DNA of 64,000 nucleotides from an uncultured Poribacteria bacterium (GCA_958296135.2 CATQHZ020000001.1:512001-576000); one strand, 5' to 3'; positions 9,027 to 18,807 are shown, counted from the first letter of the stretch. The notes: generated by a model not told the origin, from the letters alone. Translations and numbers: made by a program.

Positions 9027-10010
9027 TTAAGCGAGGGCATCGATGACCTGTCGATAGAGTTGCGGCACCGTCAGCGAGAAATCGCCGGGGATGTGGTAAC
9101 TCTCGCCGCCGTCTGTGACGGTGCGGATGAGAATCGTTTTCTTGGGACGATGATAGTAGTGCGCGTCGGTGGGTTTCCCCTCTTCCTGAAAATCGGGGAA
9201 ATCAATCAGGTCGAAGTTGGCAGTGGTGAAGTGCCGGATTTCTTCGCCGCGCTGCGCGGCGATGTTGCGCGCCATGGAGAGACTCTTGAGATAGACTTCC
9301 GGTCCCATCACGGCGGAACCTAGATTGAGGAAAACGCCGTCCTCAAGTTGCGAGACGCTGTGCGCGAATCGGAGGAAATCCTGGCCGGTTGTCCAGCCGA
9401 TGGCGGCGTAATCGGCGGCAGGGTGCTGGTCTGTGATGTCATAGCCGATGCCTTTGTGGACGGTAAACGGCACGCCTAGCCGATACGCCGCCGCAAACAT
9501 GCTGATGTCACGATGTGGAAACTGTAAGGGCGGATTTCTATATGCTCCCTCTGTCTCAATTAACCGTCCGACTGCTTCCCCGAATCCGATTTTATCGCGG
9601 TATCCCTGAACAATGGCTTCGTTCAGATACCTGCCGGTTTCCTCCCAATGGCCGAACTTTCCGTCTTTTATGTAGTCTTCTACGTCTTCGAGGGTTGCGC
9701 CGATGTGCGCGAGTTCAAAGTCGTGTATGGCGCATGCGCCGTTGGTTGCGAGGTGCGTTATCCCGCCGCGTTCTACCAGATCGATGATAAAGCGGGAGTT
9801 GCCGCGGCGCATGACATGCGCGCCCATCATCCAAATGACAGGCTTGCCTCGGCGGCGGGCTTGGACAATCCGTTCGGCGACGATGCGGAGGTTGTCGTTT
9901 TCGTAGGGCGGTATCTGCGCGTCTAAGGGATAGACATCTGCCGCGGTCATTTTGTGGCGGCGTTCAGAAAGTGGGAGAATGTTGAGGTGGTTGCGGTTGA
10001 ATTGAGGCAT
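9027..10010 (-). CDS. Deoxyhypusine synthase-like (DHS-fold) hypothetical protein
   Basis: PVIWMMGAHV, THLATNGACAIHDFE, VPFTVHKGIGYDI, GVFLNLGSAVMGPEVYLK; start set at MPQFN because upstream codons are repeat-derived. Confidence 0.68.
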   Translation of the reverse strand: MPQFNRNHLNILPLSERRHKMTAADVYPLDAQIPPYENDNLRIVAERIVQARRRGKPVIWMMGAHVMRRGNSRFIIDLVERGGITHLATNGACAIHDFELAHIGATLEDVEDYIKDGKFGHWEETGRYLNEAIVQGYRDKIGFGEAVGRLIETEGAYRNPPLQFPHRDISMFAAAYRLGVPFTVHKGIGYDITDQHPAADYAAIGWTTGQDFLRFAHSVSQLEDGVFLNLGSAVMGPEVYLKSLSMARNIAAQRGEEIRHFTTANFDLIDFPDFQEEGKPTDAHYYHRPKKTILIRTVTDGGESYHIPGDFSLTVPQLYRQVIDALA

Positions 10011-10024
10011 ATTGGTGAGATTGT

Positions 10025-10206
10025 GGCACGGCGAGGGACAGGTTTTCCGCGTCCGATGGCATTGCGTAATTCTCAGCATGGCGAGGGACAGTGGACATAT
10101 CTGCAGCGAGGCGGCAGAGATGACAAAGTTTCGGCGTAACGGCCCTCGCCCTACGGTGAAAGGAACGCTTAAGGCATGGCGAGGGACAGGTTTCTCGGGC
10201 CCTACG
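10025..10206. repeat. REP-like cluster between smc and the DHS-like gene, including a copy with the 50-nt insert
   Basis: ggcgagggacag... copies at ~10030, 10080 and 10178; 10078-10154 carries the CATCTCTGC..GCAGA hairpin module. Confidence 0.8.
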
Positions 10207-10224
10207 GAGATTCAACGTGATAAA

Positions 10225-13200
10225 TTAATCTGAAAACTTCGCTGAGACGAGTTTGGAGACACCGGCCTGCTCCATCGTTACGCCATACATTACGTCGGCG
10301 ATTTCCATGGTGCGCTTGTTATGAGTGATAATGACGAACTGCGTATTCTCGGCGTAGGCGCGGATAAGATTCGTGAATCGGAGGACGTTCGCCTCGTCCA
10401 GCGCGGCATCCACCTCGTCCAACACGCAGAACGGGCTCGGCTTGATTTTGAAAACGGCAAACAGCAGTCCAATGGCGACGAGGGAGCGTTCGCCGCCGGA
10501 GAGTTGCGTGATGCTCTGGGGCCGTTTGCCCGGTGGCCGGGCGATAATCTCAATGCCGGTATCAAGCACATCGGATGCGTCGGTTAACAACAGTTCTGTC
10601 TCGCCGCCGCCGAAGAGTTGCACGAAAACTTCTTGGAAGTTCGCCTGCACCTTCTCAAACGTCTTGAGAAAAACGTCGCGCGAAGTCTGGTTAATCTTCT
10701 GGATGGCCTGATAGGTAGATTGGATGGACTTTTCGACATCGGCGCGTTGCGCGATGAGGAAATCGTAGCGTTCCTTATGCTCGGCGTGTGCCTCTATTGC
10801 CTTGAGGTTCACCGCGCCCATCGCGCCTAATTCCGCCTTCAACGCTTCGATCTTGTCCATCAGATCGATTTCTGATAGTTCGCCGTGCGTTCGGATAGGT
10901 ATCTGGTGTCCTGACGTTTCGCTCCGTAATGCGTCATCGGCGGTGTCGATGCCTCTGTTTTTGACTGCCCTTGAAGCGGCGAGGGTTTCAATGGAGACGT
11001 GGTATTTATCAAGGACGCGCGTTGAGATGGCTTTTATCTGCATCTCCAGTTGCGTTGTCGTTACTTCCAATTGATGCCGTTTGCGGTTGTGCTTCTCGAA
11101 CTGCCGCCGGGTTGCACGCATCTGCTTTTGGAGGTGCGTCACCTCTTCGAGGAGCGCGTTCCGTTCTTCCGTGAGTGCGTCAAGTTCGGCTTCTGCCTCT
11201 GCCTTATCGCCTTCGTATCGGAGGAATTCGCGTTGTGCGCCGGCAATTTGTTCCCCGAGGTCTACCCTGGTTTGTTCATCGGTGTCAATAATCGCTTGCT
11301 GTTGCGTGATATTCTGCGTTGTGCGCAGGAGCGTTTCCTCAAGCGTCTGCAACTCCGATGTCAACCCGTGCAATTTTTGACGCTGTCCGGCCAAGGAGAT
11401 TTCCATCTCTTGACAGCCGTTTGCGACTTCGTCGTGCTTGCGGCTTTCACTGTCGAGCTGCTCGGACATGCGTTGGATACGCCGTTCGGTGATGGTTCGC
11501 TTCTTGTCCAAGTCGGCGATTTCTGCTGCGAGCGTCTGCTGTTCCTCGCGCGAGCCTGCTACTGCCTGGCGGAGTTCCCGATTCTCCACCTCTACTTCGG
11601 CGAGTTGACGTTCTAGCCTTTCGACGTGGCGGCTTGCCTGCTCAATGTCCTTCGTGAGCGCGGTCTTCTCAATTCGCTTATCTTGCCATTGCGCGGTGAT
11701 TTTCTGTCGGTTCTGCTGCAAAGTCACCAATTTCGCGGCGAACGCTTTGCGGTTGGCATCCTTCTCGGTGGCAGTCTGCGTCAGTTGTCCGATTTTTCCT
11801 TCCAGCAGTTCAAGTTCGCGCGAACGGCTGAGCAACCCGCTCTTTTTCTGGTTAGCGTGCCCGCCGGTGATGGCTCCCGAGGTGTTAATCACTTCGCCAT
11901 CTAAGGTGACGAGGCGCGCTGTCGGACGGAATCGGCGTGTGAGGGCGACTGCGGCATCCAAATCCTCGATGACGAGGGTATTGCCGAGCAGATGCAACAC
12001 TGCTGTGTCATATTTTTCGTCGTAATCCACCAGATCTTCGGCGACACCGATGACACCGGGTTCGTCCAGGAGTGCGTCGTCGGCAAACTGTCTGCCCCGC
12101 AAAATGTCAAGTGGGAGGAATGTTACGCGTCCGGCGCGGTGCTTTTTGAGGAATGCGATGCCGGTTTCTGCGTCTTCGGCTGTTTCCGTGACGACATTTT
12201 GAATGGCACTGCCGAGTGCGACTTCAATGGCGATTTCGTATTTTTTATGGGTGGTGAGCAGTTCGGCGACAACGCCGCACACTCCTGCGAATTCATCGGG
12301 GTAGTGGGTTTTCGCCTGCATGATGGCGCGTACCCCGGTGTAGTATCCTTCGTAAGCGGATTGCAATTCCTGCAAGGATTTGAGTCGGGATACGTTCATG
12401 CCGAGTGTGTCTTGTAACCCGCGCATGTCGGCTTCTGCCTTGCGGAGTCTATCCTGAGTCTCGCGAATCGCGGTTTCTACGTCATTTTTCTCTGCTTCAA
12501 TCTGAAGGAGTTCCGCCTTCAGTTGCACTTCGGCGCGTTGTGCCTCGGTGTGTGCGTCGGTGGCGGTTTTGAGCTCCACCTTCACTGCCGCCGAGCTTTC
12601 CTGAATGCGGCTGAGGTTGTTCTCCGTATTCTTGACGCTGTGTTCGATTGCGAGGCGTTTGTTCTCGCGTTGCGCGAGGAGGGTTGTGGTATCGCGCAAG
12701 ACGGTTTCGGCATCCTGGACGGTTGCCTTTGCCTTCGCGATGCGCGCGGCTAAGTCGGTAAGGAGCTGCTGGCGCGCCGATAAGCGGCTTTCCTCAAGTT
12801 TGAGGGATGCTTCCAATTTGCTCCGTTCTCGCGTCCGTTCGCGTTGCTGCGTTGAGAGGCGTTCCTGCTGTGCCTTTAAGGATTCAAGCGTTTGGAGTGC
12901 GCGCTGCCGCTGCTGTTGAATGTTCAGCTGGCGTTCTTTGTGCAGAACTATCTGCCGTTCAATTCTCTCAATCTGCGCCGAGATGCCGCGGAGCGTCTCC
13001 TGCGCAGCAGTTATCGCGGTGTCCAATTTCGGGCGGCGGCCAGACGCGCTCTCAATCCGTTCTTCCGCGTTTTGCAGCAGTTCATCTGCCTCGGCGACGT
13101 TGTCCAGCACGGCGTTTAACGTGTCTTGCGTTTCGCGATACTCGGCGACAAGTTTCTCGTATTCGCGCTGTGAGAGGTTCAACTCTAATTGTTGCAACTC

Positions 13201-13860
13201 TTCCTGAAGAGCCTGATACTTCACCGCTTGTTCTGCTTGCGCTTTGAGCGACTCGGTCTCGCGCTGCAACTCCTGAACCACATCGTTGATGCGGACGAGG
13301 TTTTGCTCGGTTGCTTCCAATTTACGGATTGCAGTCTTTTTGCGGTGCTTATACTTTGTGATGCCGGCGACTTCGTCGAAGAGGAATCGCCGTTCTTCTG
13401 GGCGCGCGTTGAGAATCAGATCGATTTTGCTTTGCTCCATGACAGAGTATGCATCTACGCCGATGCCGGTGTCCATGAAGAGTTCGCTGATATCCCGGAG
13501 GCGGCAGGGAGTCTGGTTGATAAAGTAACCGCTCTCCCCGCTGCGGGTGAGCTGCCGGCGGACTTCGACTTCCGGTGAACCGAGTCTCAGATTCTCGGCG
13601 ATGTTTGAGAAGGCGAGTGTGACGTTCGCTTTTTGCGCTGGGTTGAAATGGGCACCGCCGTTGAAGAGGAGCTCTCGCATATTCGCGGAGCGGAGGGAAC
13701 GGGCACTCTGTTCACCTAGCACCCACCGAATTGCATCGGAGACGTTGCTCTTGCCGCAACCGTTCGGTCCGACGATGGCGGTGGTGCCAGGTTCCAGTAT
13801 CAACTCAACCTCTTCGGCGAAGCTCTTGAATCCGCTGATTTTGACGCTATTGAGGTGCAT
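10225..13860 (-). CDS. smc: Chromosome segregation protein SMC
   Basis: GFKSFA, Walker A GPNGCGKSN, coiled coils, hinge GRVTFLPL / TLDGEVI..GAITGG, LSGGE, Walker B LDEVDAALD. Confidence 0.97.
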   Translation of the reverse strand: MHLNSVKISGFKSFAEEVELILEPGTTAIVGPNGCGKSNVSDAIRWVLGEQSARSLRSANMRELLFNGGAHFNPAQKANVTLAFSNIAENLRLGSPEVEVRRQLTRSGESGYFINQTPCRLRDISELFMDTGIGVDAYSVMEQSKIDLILNARPEERRFLFDEVAGITKYKHRKKTAIRKLEATEQNLVRINDVVQELQRETESLKAQAEQAVKYQALQEELQQLELNLSQREYEKLVAEYRETQDTLNAVLDNVAEADELLQNAEERIESASGRRPKLDTAITAAQETLRGISAQIERIERQIVLHKERQLNIQQQRQRALQTLESLKAQQERLSTQQRERTRERSKLEASLKLEESRLSARQQLLTDLAARIAKAKATVQDAETVLRDTTTLLAQRENKRLAIEHSVKNTENNLSRIQESSAAVKVELKTATDAHTEAQRAEVQLKAELLQIEAEKNDVETAIRETQDRLRKAEADMRGLQDTLGMNVSRLKSLQELQSAYEGYYTGVRAIMQAKTHYPDEFAGVCGVVAELLTTHKKYEIAIEVALGSAIQNVVTETAEDAETGIAFLKKHRAGRVTFLPLDILRGRQFADDALLDEPGVIGVAEDLVDYDEKYDTAVLHLLGNTLVIEDLDAAVALTRRFRPTARLVTLDGEVINTSGAITGGHANQKKSGLLSRSRELELLEGKIGQLTQTATEKDANRKAFAAKLVTLQQNRQKITAQWQDKRIEKTALTKDIEQASRHVERLERQLAEVEVENRELRQAVAGSREEQQTLAAEIADLDKKRTITERRIQRMSEQLDSESRKHDEVANGCQEMEISLAGQRQKLHGLTSELQTLEETLLRTTQNITQQQAIIDTDEQTRVDLGEQIAGAQREFLRYEGDKAEAEAELDALTEERNALLEEVTHLQKQMRATRRQFEKHNRKRHQLEVTTTQLEMQIKAISTRVLDKYHVSIETLAASRAVKNRGIDTADDALRSETSGHQIPIRTHGELSEIDLMDKIEALKAELGAMGAVNLKAIEAHAEHKERYDFLIAQRADVEKSIQSTYQAIQKINQTSRDVFLKTFEKVQANFQEVFVQLFGGGETELLLTDASDVLDTGIEIIARPPGKRPQSITQLSGGERSLVAIGLLFAVFKIKPSPFCVLDEVDAALDEANVLRFTNLIRAYAENTQFVIITHNKRTMEIADVMYGVTMEQAGVSKLVSAKFSD

Positions 13861-13910
13861 TTTGTTGTTCCTAGCGGTTGTTTTGTCTCATCTGTGTGAA
13901 TAATGTGGTA

Positions 13911-14050
13911 CCTACAGGCCTCGCGAGGGACAGTGGACATCTCTGCAGCGAGGCTGCAGAGATGACAGCGTTTCGGCGTGACGGCCCTCGCGCTACGGGG
14001 CCGCGGTGTCTTCAGGCATCGCGAGGGACAAGTTTCCCACGCGCGACGGG
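13911..14050. repeat. REP-like cluster between comF and smc
   Basis: tcgcgagggacagtggacatctctgcagcgaggctgcagagatgacagcgtttcggcgtgacggccctcgcgctacgg (13921-13999) plus a degenerate copy. Confidence 0.8.
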
Positions 14051-14136
14051 GTCGCGGCATCTATGCGTGTCCCATCGCTTAACCGCTACCTGTTTAAACG
14101 TAAGGCCGTGAGATCGGTTTCAAAATTTTCGGTGGC

Positions 14137-14919
14137 TTAGGTGCGTGCCAATGTCAACACGTCAATTTCGGCCGGGTCTGCCTTCCACAATTCCTTGACG
14201 GCTTCATGGACGGTCGCGCCGGTGGTGAAAACGTCGTCAATGAGCAGGAGGTGTTTGCCAAAGATAGCGTCTGGCTTCCGCATCTCAAACGCGCCAGTGA
14301 TATTCTCTTGGCGGGCTTCCCGCCCGGTAAGGCTACTTTGCGCTTTCGTATCTTTTTGGCGGATGAAGATATCCGTAGCAACTGGCACCCCTTTCGCCTT
14401 GGCAATGCCGTCGGCAAGCAGCATGGCCTGATTAAACCCTCGTTCGCGCAACCGATTTTTATGAATCGGTATGGGTAAGATGAAGTCGTAATCCTCAATT
14501 CGGCAATCCTCAGGCAGGTGTGCCAGCATCAGTTGTATGCAAGGTTTGGCGAGTCCGGTTCGCTTTTCAAATTTAAAGAGGTGTATCGCCTGTCGGAGGG
14601 TTGCCTCATAGAAAGCAATCGTCCGGAGCTTTCCGTAGCGTGGGGGTTTACGTGCGCATTCATCGCAGAGCTCTACCTCGGTCGAGGCATCGCGAGGGCC
14701 AGGCCCTCGCGCTACGGGGGGCGTGTGGAGCGGTGTGCCACATATTTCGCACCAAGGGGGTTCCACAAACTGCATTTGCTGCCAGCATTCATCGCAGAGG
14801 TAAGGCACTGTCTCAAGTCCGAGCGGCGTATCGCAGCTTCGGCATTGCGCGGGATAGAGGCATATCAGTGCGGTTTCAAGGGCCTGCTGTAGGGACGACA
14901 GGTGTGGGAAACGTCTCAT
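14137..14919 (-). CDS. comF: ComF family protein (zinc ribbon + phosphoribosyltransferase domain)
   Basis: YPAQCRSC..CDEC..CEIC..CDEC, RLRERGFNQA, LLIDDVFTTGAT; start set at MRRFP. Confidence 0.88.
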   Translation of the reverse strand: MRRFPHLSSLQQALETALICLYPAQCRSCDTPLGLETVPYLCDECWQQMQFVEPPWCEICGTPLHTPPVARGPGPRDASTEVELCDECARKPPRYGKLRTIAFYEATLRQAIHLFKFEKRTGLAKPCIQLMLAHLPEDCRIEDYDFILPIPIHKNRLRERGFNQAMLLADGIAKAKGVPVATDIFIRQKDTKAQSSLTGREARQENITGAFEMRKPDAIFGKHLLLIDDVFTTGATVHEAVKELWKADPAEIDVLTLART

Positions 14920-14944
14920 AAGGCAATAACCTTTGCGGCGAACG

Positions 14945-15100
14945 AACGCGAGGTTTTCGCGCGATGGGGGCCGTGGCGATGAACGAGCGCGAGGCACAGG
15001 ACCTCGCGCTACGGTTGAAAGATGGGGGCCGTGGTGTTCAAGCATCGCGAGGTTTTCGCGCTACGGGGGCCGGGGATTTTGTCTGCGCGCTACGGGGCCG
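14945..15100. repeat. REP-like cluster upstream of comF
   Basis: gcgcgaggcacaggacctcgcgctacgg and cgcgaggttttcgcgctacgggg variants. Confidence 0.7.
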
Positions 15101-16031
15101 CGGCGAGGCTGATGCGGATAGCTTCCAATGCCACCTCTGCGTCTTTCAGACAAGGCGGTTGATCCGCGGTGTTTTGAATTTCAGAAAGCCACAACTGCTG
15201 CAATGTAGGCTGCGGCGAGTCAAAGACAGGCAGGCCTATCAACCCCCAATCCCCTGAGCAGTCCCACCCGTCTCCATCATAACTGAGCGTGCCTTCCGAG
15301 AGGACATAGCGTTCATTCTGGACAGCGGTGTCAATCGCGATGCCGCCTGCCCATGTCCACTGCCCGATGCCGCCGCGCTTGAATTCCACGGTGAGCGTGT
15401 TGACGAACCGCTGGTATTGCCCACTCTCCGTTAATCCGTCGTAGGCGGCCCGGCTTTCTACCGATGCTGCGCCGCCGAAGCAGTCAACGATAGGGTAAAT
15501 ATGGTAGATGAAGAAGTGCGCCGGTGTTCCGGAAATCGGCAGATTGAAGAGGACCTCGGGCCTTGCGCCGCGGCCCGGCGTTAATCTCACAAAGGTGGTG
15601 AGGAGCAACTCGCCGAGTTCGCTTATTTTCTCCTTGAGTGCCTGATGTTCATTGGAGACTACCTCCGGATGCGAGACGCGCAGCACGCGGTGCCGCTCCT
15701 TCGCCAGCCGGAGTGCCGCCTCGCCTTCACCTACATCGCTGGCGAGTGGATATTCGACAAAGACATGCTTATCGGCGCGCAACGCCGCAAGTGCTATCTC
15801 GCCGTGGCTGTCGTTGTGCGTGCATATCACGACACCATCGATATCTTCCCGTGCAACGAGGTGGGCCCATTCGGGGATAAACCCCGTGTTGTGTTGCGCG
15901 GCGAGTTGCGCCCCGGTCTGCTCGTTTCTGGAGGCGATTGCCACCACTTCGGCTGTCGACATTGCTGAAAACCGCTCCAGATGGTGCCGCGCCATCCCCC
16001 CTGAGCCGATGATGCCGATTTTGATTGCCAT
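15090..16031 (-). CDS. Gfo/Idh/MocA family oxidoreductase
   Basis: IKIGIIGSGGMA, DIDGVVICTHNDSH, KHVFVEYPLA. Confidence 0.88.
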   Translation of the reverse strand: MAIKIGIIGSGGMARHHLERFSAMSTAEVVAIASRNEQTGAQLAAQHNTGFIPEWAHLVAREDIDGVVICTHNDSHGEIALAALRADKHVFVEYPLASDVGEGEAALRLAKERHRVLRVSHPEVVSNEHQALKEKISELGELLLTTFVRLTPGRGARPEVLFNLPISGTPAHFFIYHIYPIVDCFGGAASVESRAAYDGLTESGQYQRFVNTLTVEFKRGGIGQWTWAGGIAIDTAVQNERYVLSEGTLSYDGDGWDCSGDWGLIGLPVFDSPQPTLQQLWLSEIQNTADQPPCLKDAEVALEAIRISLAAAP

Positions 16032-16033
16032 TA

Positions 16034-17329
16034 TCACGCCCACCCCTGGCTCTCACCACCGACGCGCGCGAGGCTGATTTTCTCGTAATAGCCGCTTTTC
16101 CGATACGCTGTCAACGGGTGCGGGTCGCGCCCCATCTCCACGCGCACCTGCTCTAGCAGCGGGTTCACATCCGTTTCATACGCGCGCTGGAGGATGCTCT
16201 CCGCTTCAATCAGAGCGGCGGCATCCTGGGCGGCTACCAATGCCTCCCTATCTACCAGCAGTGCCTTCGCGTACGCTTTTTGCAGGTTGCAAACGGATTG
16301 GATACTCGCCTCGACCTTGGGTTTCAGATTGTGACTCTGATCGATCATGTAAGCGATTTTTTGTTGTTCGCGAGGCGTTTGATTAGGGTTATTGGAGTGA
16401 CCGACGTTTCTCTCCGTATATCTGTCATCAACGTTGTTGCTGACTACGTTGCTGGGGGCCAACTCTGCCGCGACGAGTTCCGTGTAAATCAGGAAGAGCT
16501 CCTGCGGATTGATAGAACCTACCGTCAGATCATCGTCGGCATATTTTCGGCAGTTGAAATGGAAACCGCCGAGTTTCCCTTCGTCGATGAGGTAAGCGAC
16601 GATGCACTCGATGTTAGTGCCTTGCGGGTGATGTCCCAGGTCTACTAGTACCTGTGCTTGCGGGCCGAGTTTCTTCGCCAGTAGGTAGGCGGTGCCCCAG
16701 TCTGCCACATCGGTGTGGTAGAATGCAGGTTCAAAGAATTTATACTCGATTAGCATCCGCGTGGCAGGCGGTAGTGCGTCGTAAACCTCGCCGAGTGCTT
16801 CTTCCATCCATGCCTTGCGCTTCCGAAAGTTCGCCTGCCCGGGGAAATTCGTGCCATCGGCGAACCACAGGCTGAGTAAATCCGATGCGGTTTTCTGCAT
16901 GATGTCCACGCATTCAAGGATATGTTCGATGGCGAGGCGGCGGACATCGGGTTGCGGATTACAGACGCTTCCGAGTTTATAGCCCTGGTCTTGGAAAACG
17001 TTTGGGTTAATCGCGCCGATGCCGATGCCGACATCCGCGGCGTATGCTTTCAATGCGCCCCAGTCGTCTGTCTTATCCCACGGGATGTGGAGTGCGACGG
17101 TAGGCGCGATGCCGGTGAATCGGTGGACGGTGGCTGCGTCTTCGAGCCGTTCGGCGGCGTTTCGTGCTGCGCCGGGCTGTTCAAACACTCCGAATCGGGT
17201 GCCGGAATTCCCGTAGCCCCACGATGGTGTTTCAATGTGTTGCTGTTTGAGGTGCGATTTGACTGCGTCAATATCGATTCCTTGTCCGGCTAGCGTTTCG
17301 GCTAATAGGTTATAGGCTGGACTACTCAT
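16034..17329 (-). CDS. rhaI: L-rhamnose isomerase (RhaI, xylose-isomerase-like TIM barrel) with an extra internal loop
   Basis: [61 protein letters not shown]. Confidence 0.88.
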   Translation of the reverse strand: MSSPAYNLLAETLAGQGIDIDAVKSHLKQQHIETPSWGYGNSGTRFGVFEQPGAARNAAERLEDAATVHRFTGIAPTVALHIPWDKTDDWGALKAYAADVGIGIGAINPNVFQDQGYKLGSVCNPQPDVRRLAIEHILECVDIMQKTASDLLSLWFADGTNFPGQANFRKRKAWMEEALGEVYDALPPATRMLIEYKFFEPAFYHTDVADWGTAYLLAKKLGPQAQVLVDLGHHPQGTNIECIVAYLIDEGKLGGFHFNCRKYADDDLTVGSINPQELFLIYTELVAAELAPSNVVSNNVDDRYTERNVGHSNNPNQTPREQQKIAYMIDQSHNLKPKVEASIQSVCNLQKAYAKALLVDREALVAAQDAAALIEAESILQRAYETDVNPLLEQVRVEMGRDPHPLTAYRKSGYYEKISLARVGGESQGWA

Positions 17330-17496
17330 GCTGAATTCTCCTTCACGTAGCGCGAGGGGAAACCTGTCCCTCGCGATGCCTCAGTCAACATCAATTCTCT
17401 AGTCAACATCAATTCTCTTTTGATAATTATACCATACGTCATGGTTTTTTAGCAAGGTAAAAACTTAGTGGCATTTGTCATGCGTTGATATTTTCT

Positions 17497-17534
17497 TTGA
17501 CATGCATAGAAATTTTTGGTATAATTCATGTTAA
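17497..17534 (+). promoter_or_regulatory. Promoter of TA pair 1 with overlapping inverted repeat (candidate operator)
   Basis: TTGACA(17497)-N17-TATAAT(17520); TTGACATG...CATGTTAA inverted repeat. Confidence 0.75.
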
Positions 17535-17554
17535 AAAATTGAGGAGGTATCGCG

Positions 17555-17812
17555 ATGAGTTTGACACTGACTTTAACAAAAGAGCAGGCACTCGATTTGC
17601 TCTACCAGATGCCGCCGGAAGAGAAGATGGCAGTCTTGGTTGAAATGGCAACGCAAGCGCGCGAAGGGCACGAAGCACGGAGGCGGCACCTCCACTCCAA
17701 GGTTCGGCAGCTCTGTGCGAAACGCGGGTTGGATTGGGATGCAATGGGCGAACAGGAACGCGAGGACTTTATTGACGCTATTGTCCACGAGGACCGGGCA
17801 TGCAGCCAATAG
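17555..17812 (+). CDS. Putative type II antitoxin (copy 1)
   Basis: 85 aa, RBS GAGGAGG, overlaps the downstream PIN gene by 13 bp. Confidence 0.75.
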   Translation: MSLTLTLTKEQALDLLYQMPPEEKMAVLVEMATQAREGHEARRRHLHSKVRQLCAKRGLDWDAMGEQEREDFIDAIVHEDRACSQ

Positions 17813-18207
17813 TCGTTTACGATACGAATATTCTGATATCGGGGATGGTTTGGGGTGGAAAACCGTATGGCTGTATCGCGCTCGCGCAGCACGGGAAAGT
17901 TAAAGGGTTAACCTGCCCGGAAATCCTTTCCGAATTCTCGGAAAAACTGACAATCAAGTTTGAACAGTCTGTCTTCCAAACAGAGAAAATCGTGTCTGAA
18001 CTTCTCAGTTTCCTTGAAAGCGTCAGAATTACGAACCTGCTTACCGGTGCCACCACCGATGCCGACGATAATAAGGTGATAGAATGTGCCGTTGTCGGCG
18101 GTGCGACGCACATTATCAGCGGTGACCGGAAACATCTGTTACGGCTTGGGAGTTATCAGGACATCCTTATCGTCACGGCCGCGGATTTTCTGGCGCAGTT
18201 CGCGTAA
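17800..18207 (+). CDS. PIN-domain (VapC-like, PIN_3 type) toxin (copy 1)
   Basis: IVVYDTNILISG, E(F), DADDNKVIECAV..ATHIISGDRKHLL. Confidence 0.9.
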   Translation: MQPIVVYDTNILISGMVWGGKPYGCIALAQHGKVKGLTCPEILSEFSEKLTIKFEQSVFQTEKIVSELLSFLESVRITNLLTGATTDADDNKVIECAVVGGATHIISGDRKHLLRLGSYQDILIVTAADFLAQFA

Positions 18208-18228
18208 TCTCCCTGGCTTATTAACGCG

Positions 18229-18265
18229 AAACGCGCGGGCATTGCAAATTGCCCGCGCGTTTTTT
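18229..18265 (+). terminator. Rho-independent terminator after TA pair 1
   Basis: aaacgcgcgggca-ttgcaaat-tgcccgcgcgttt followed by a T-run. Confidence 0.75.
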
Positions 18266-18490
18266 GCTTGCGATTGGAAAAAACTTGCACTCTTAATCGA
18301 CATCGTGTAGAATTGCCAGAAAAGACAAAATAAATTTGCATTATTTTAAGACAGGGGTGCCGGCTGTCATTCTACCGCAGCAGTGGATGGTTGATGAACG
18401 TCAGCAGGCGGAGAGGCATCATGGTGGCGAGCAGATTCGGTTGATAGATTGACGTTTTTTCCTAGTCATTCAGCATCCTTGATATTTTGC

Positions 18491-18528
18491 TTGACATGGA
18501 GAGAAACTTTTGGTATAACTCATGTTAA
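18491..18528 (+). promoter_or_regulatory. Promoter of TA pair 2 with the same inverted repeat
   Basis: TTGACA(18491)-N17-TATAAC(18514); TTGACATG...CATGTTAA. Confidence 0.72.
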
Positions 18529-18549
18529 AAAAATTGAGGAGGGATCGGC

Positions 18550-18807
18550 ATGAGTCTGACACTCACCTTAACAACCGAACAGGCTATCACGCTGCTGGAG
18601 CAGCTACCGCCGAGAAAGAAGATGGAGGTCCTCATCAAATTGTCAGAGCAGGCGCACGTGGGACACGAAGAACAGATGCGCTATGGCGAATCCAAGGTTC
18701 GGCAGTTGTGTGCGAAACGCGGGTTGAATTGGGACGCAATGAGCGAACAAGAACGCGAGGACTTTATCGATGATATTGTCCACGAGGACCGGGCATGCAG
18801 CCAATAG
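18550..18807 (+). CDS. Putative type II antitoxin (copy 2)
   Basis: Paralog of 17555..17812; C-terminal half nearly identical. Confidence 0.75.
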   Translation: MSLTLTLTTEQAITLLEQLPPRKKMEVLIKLSEQAHVGHEEQMRYGESKVRQLCAKRGLNWDAMSEQEREDFIDDIVHEDRACSQ

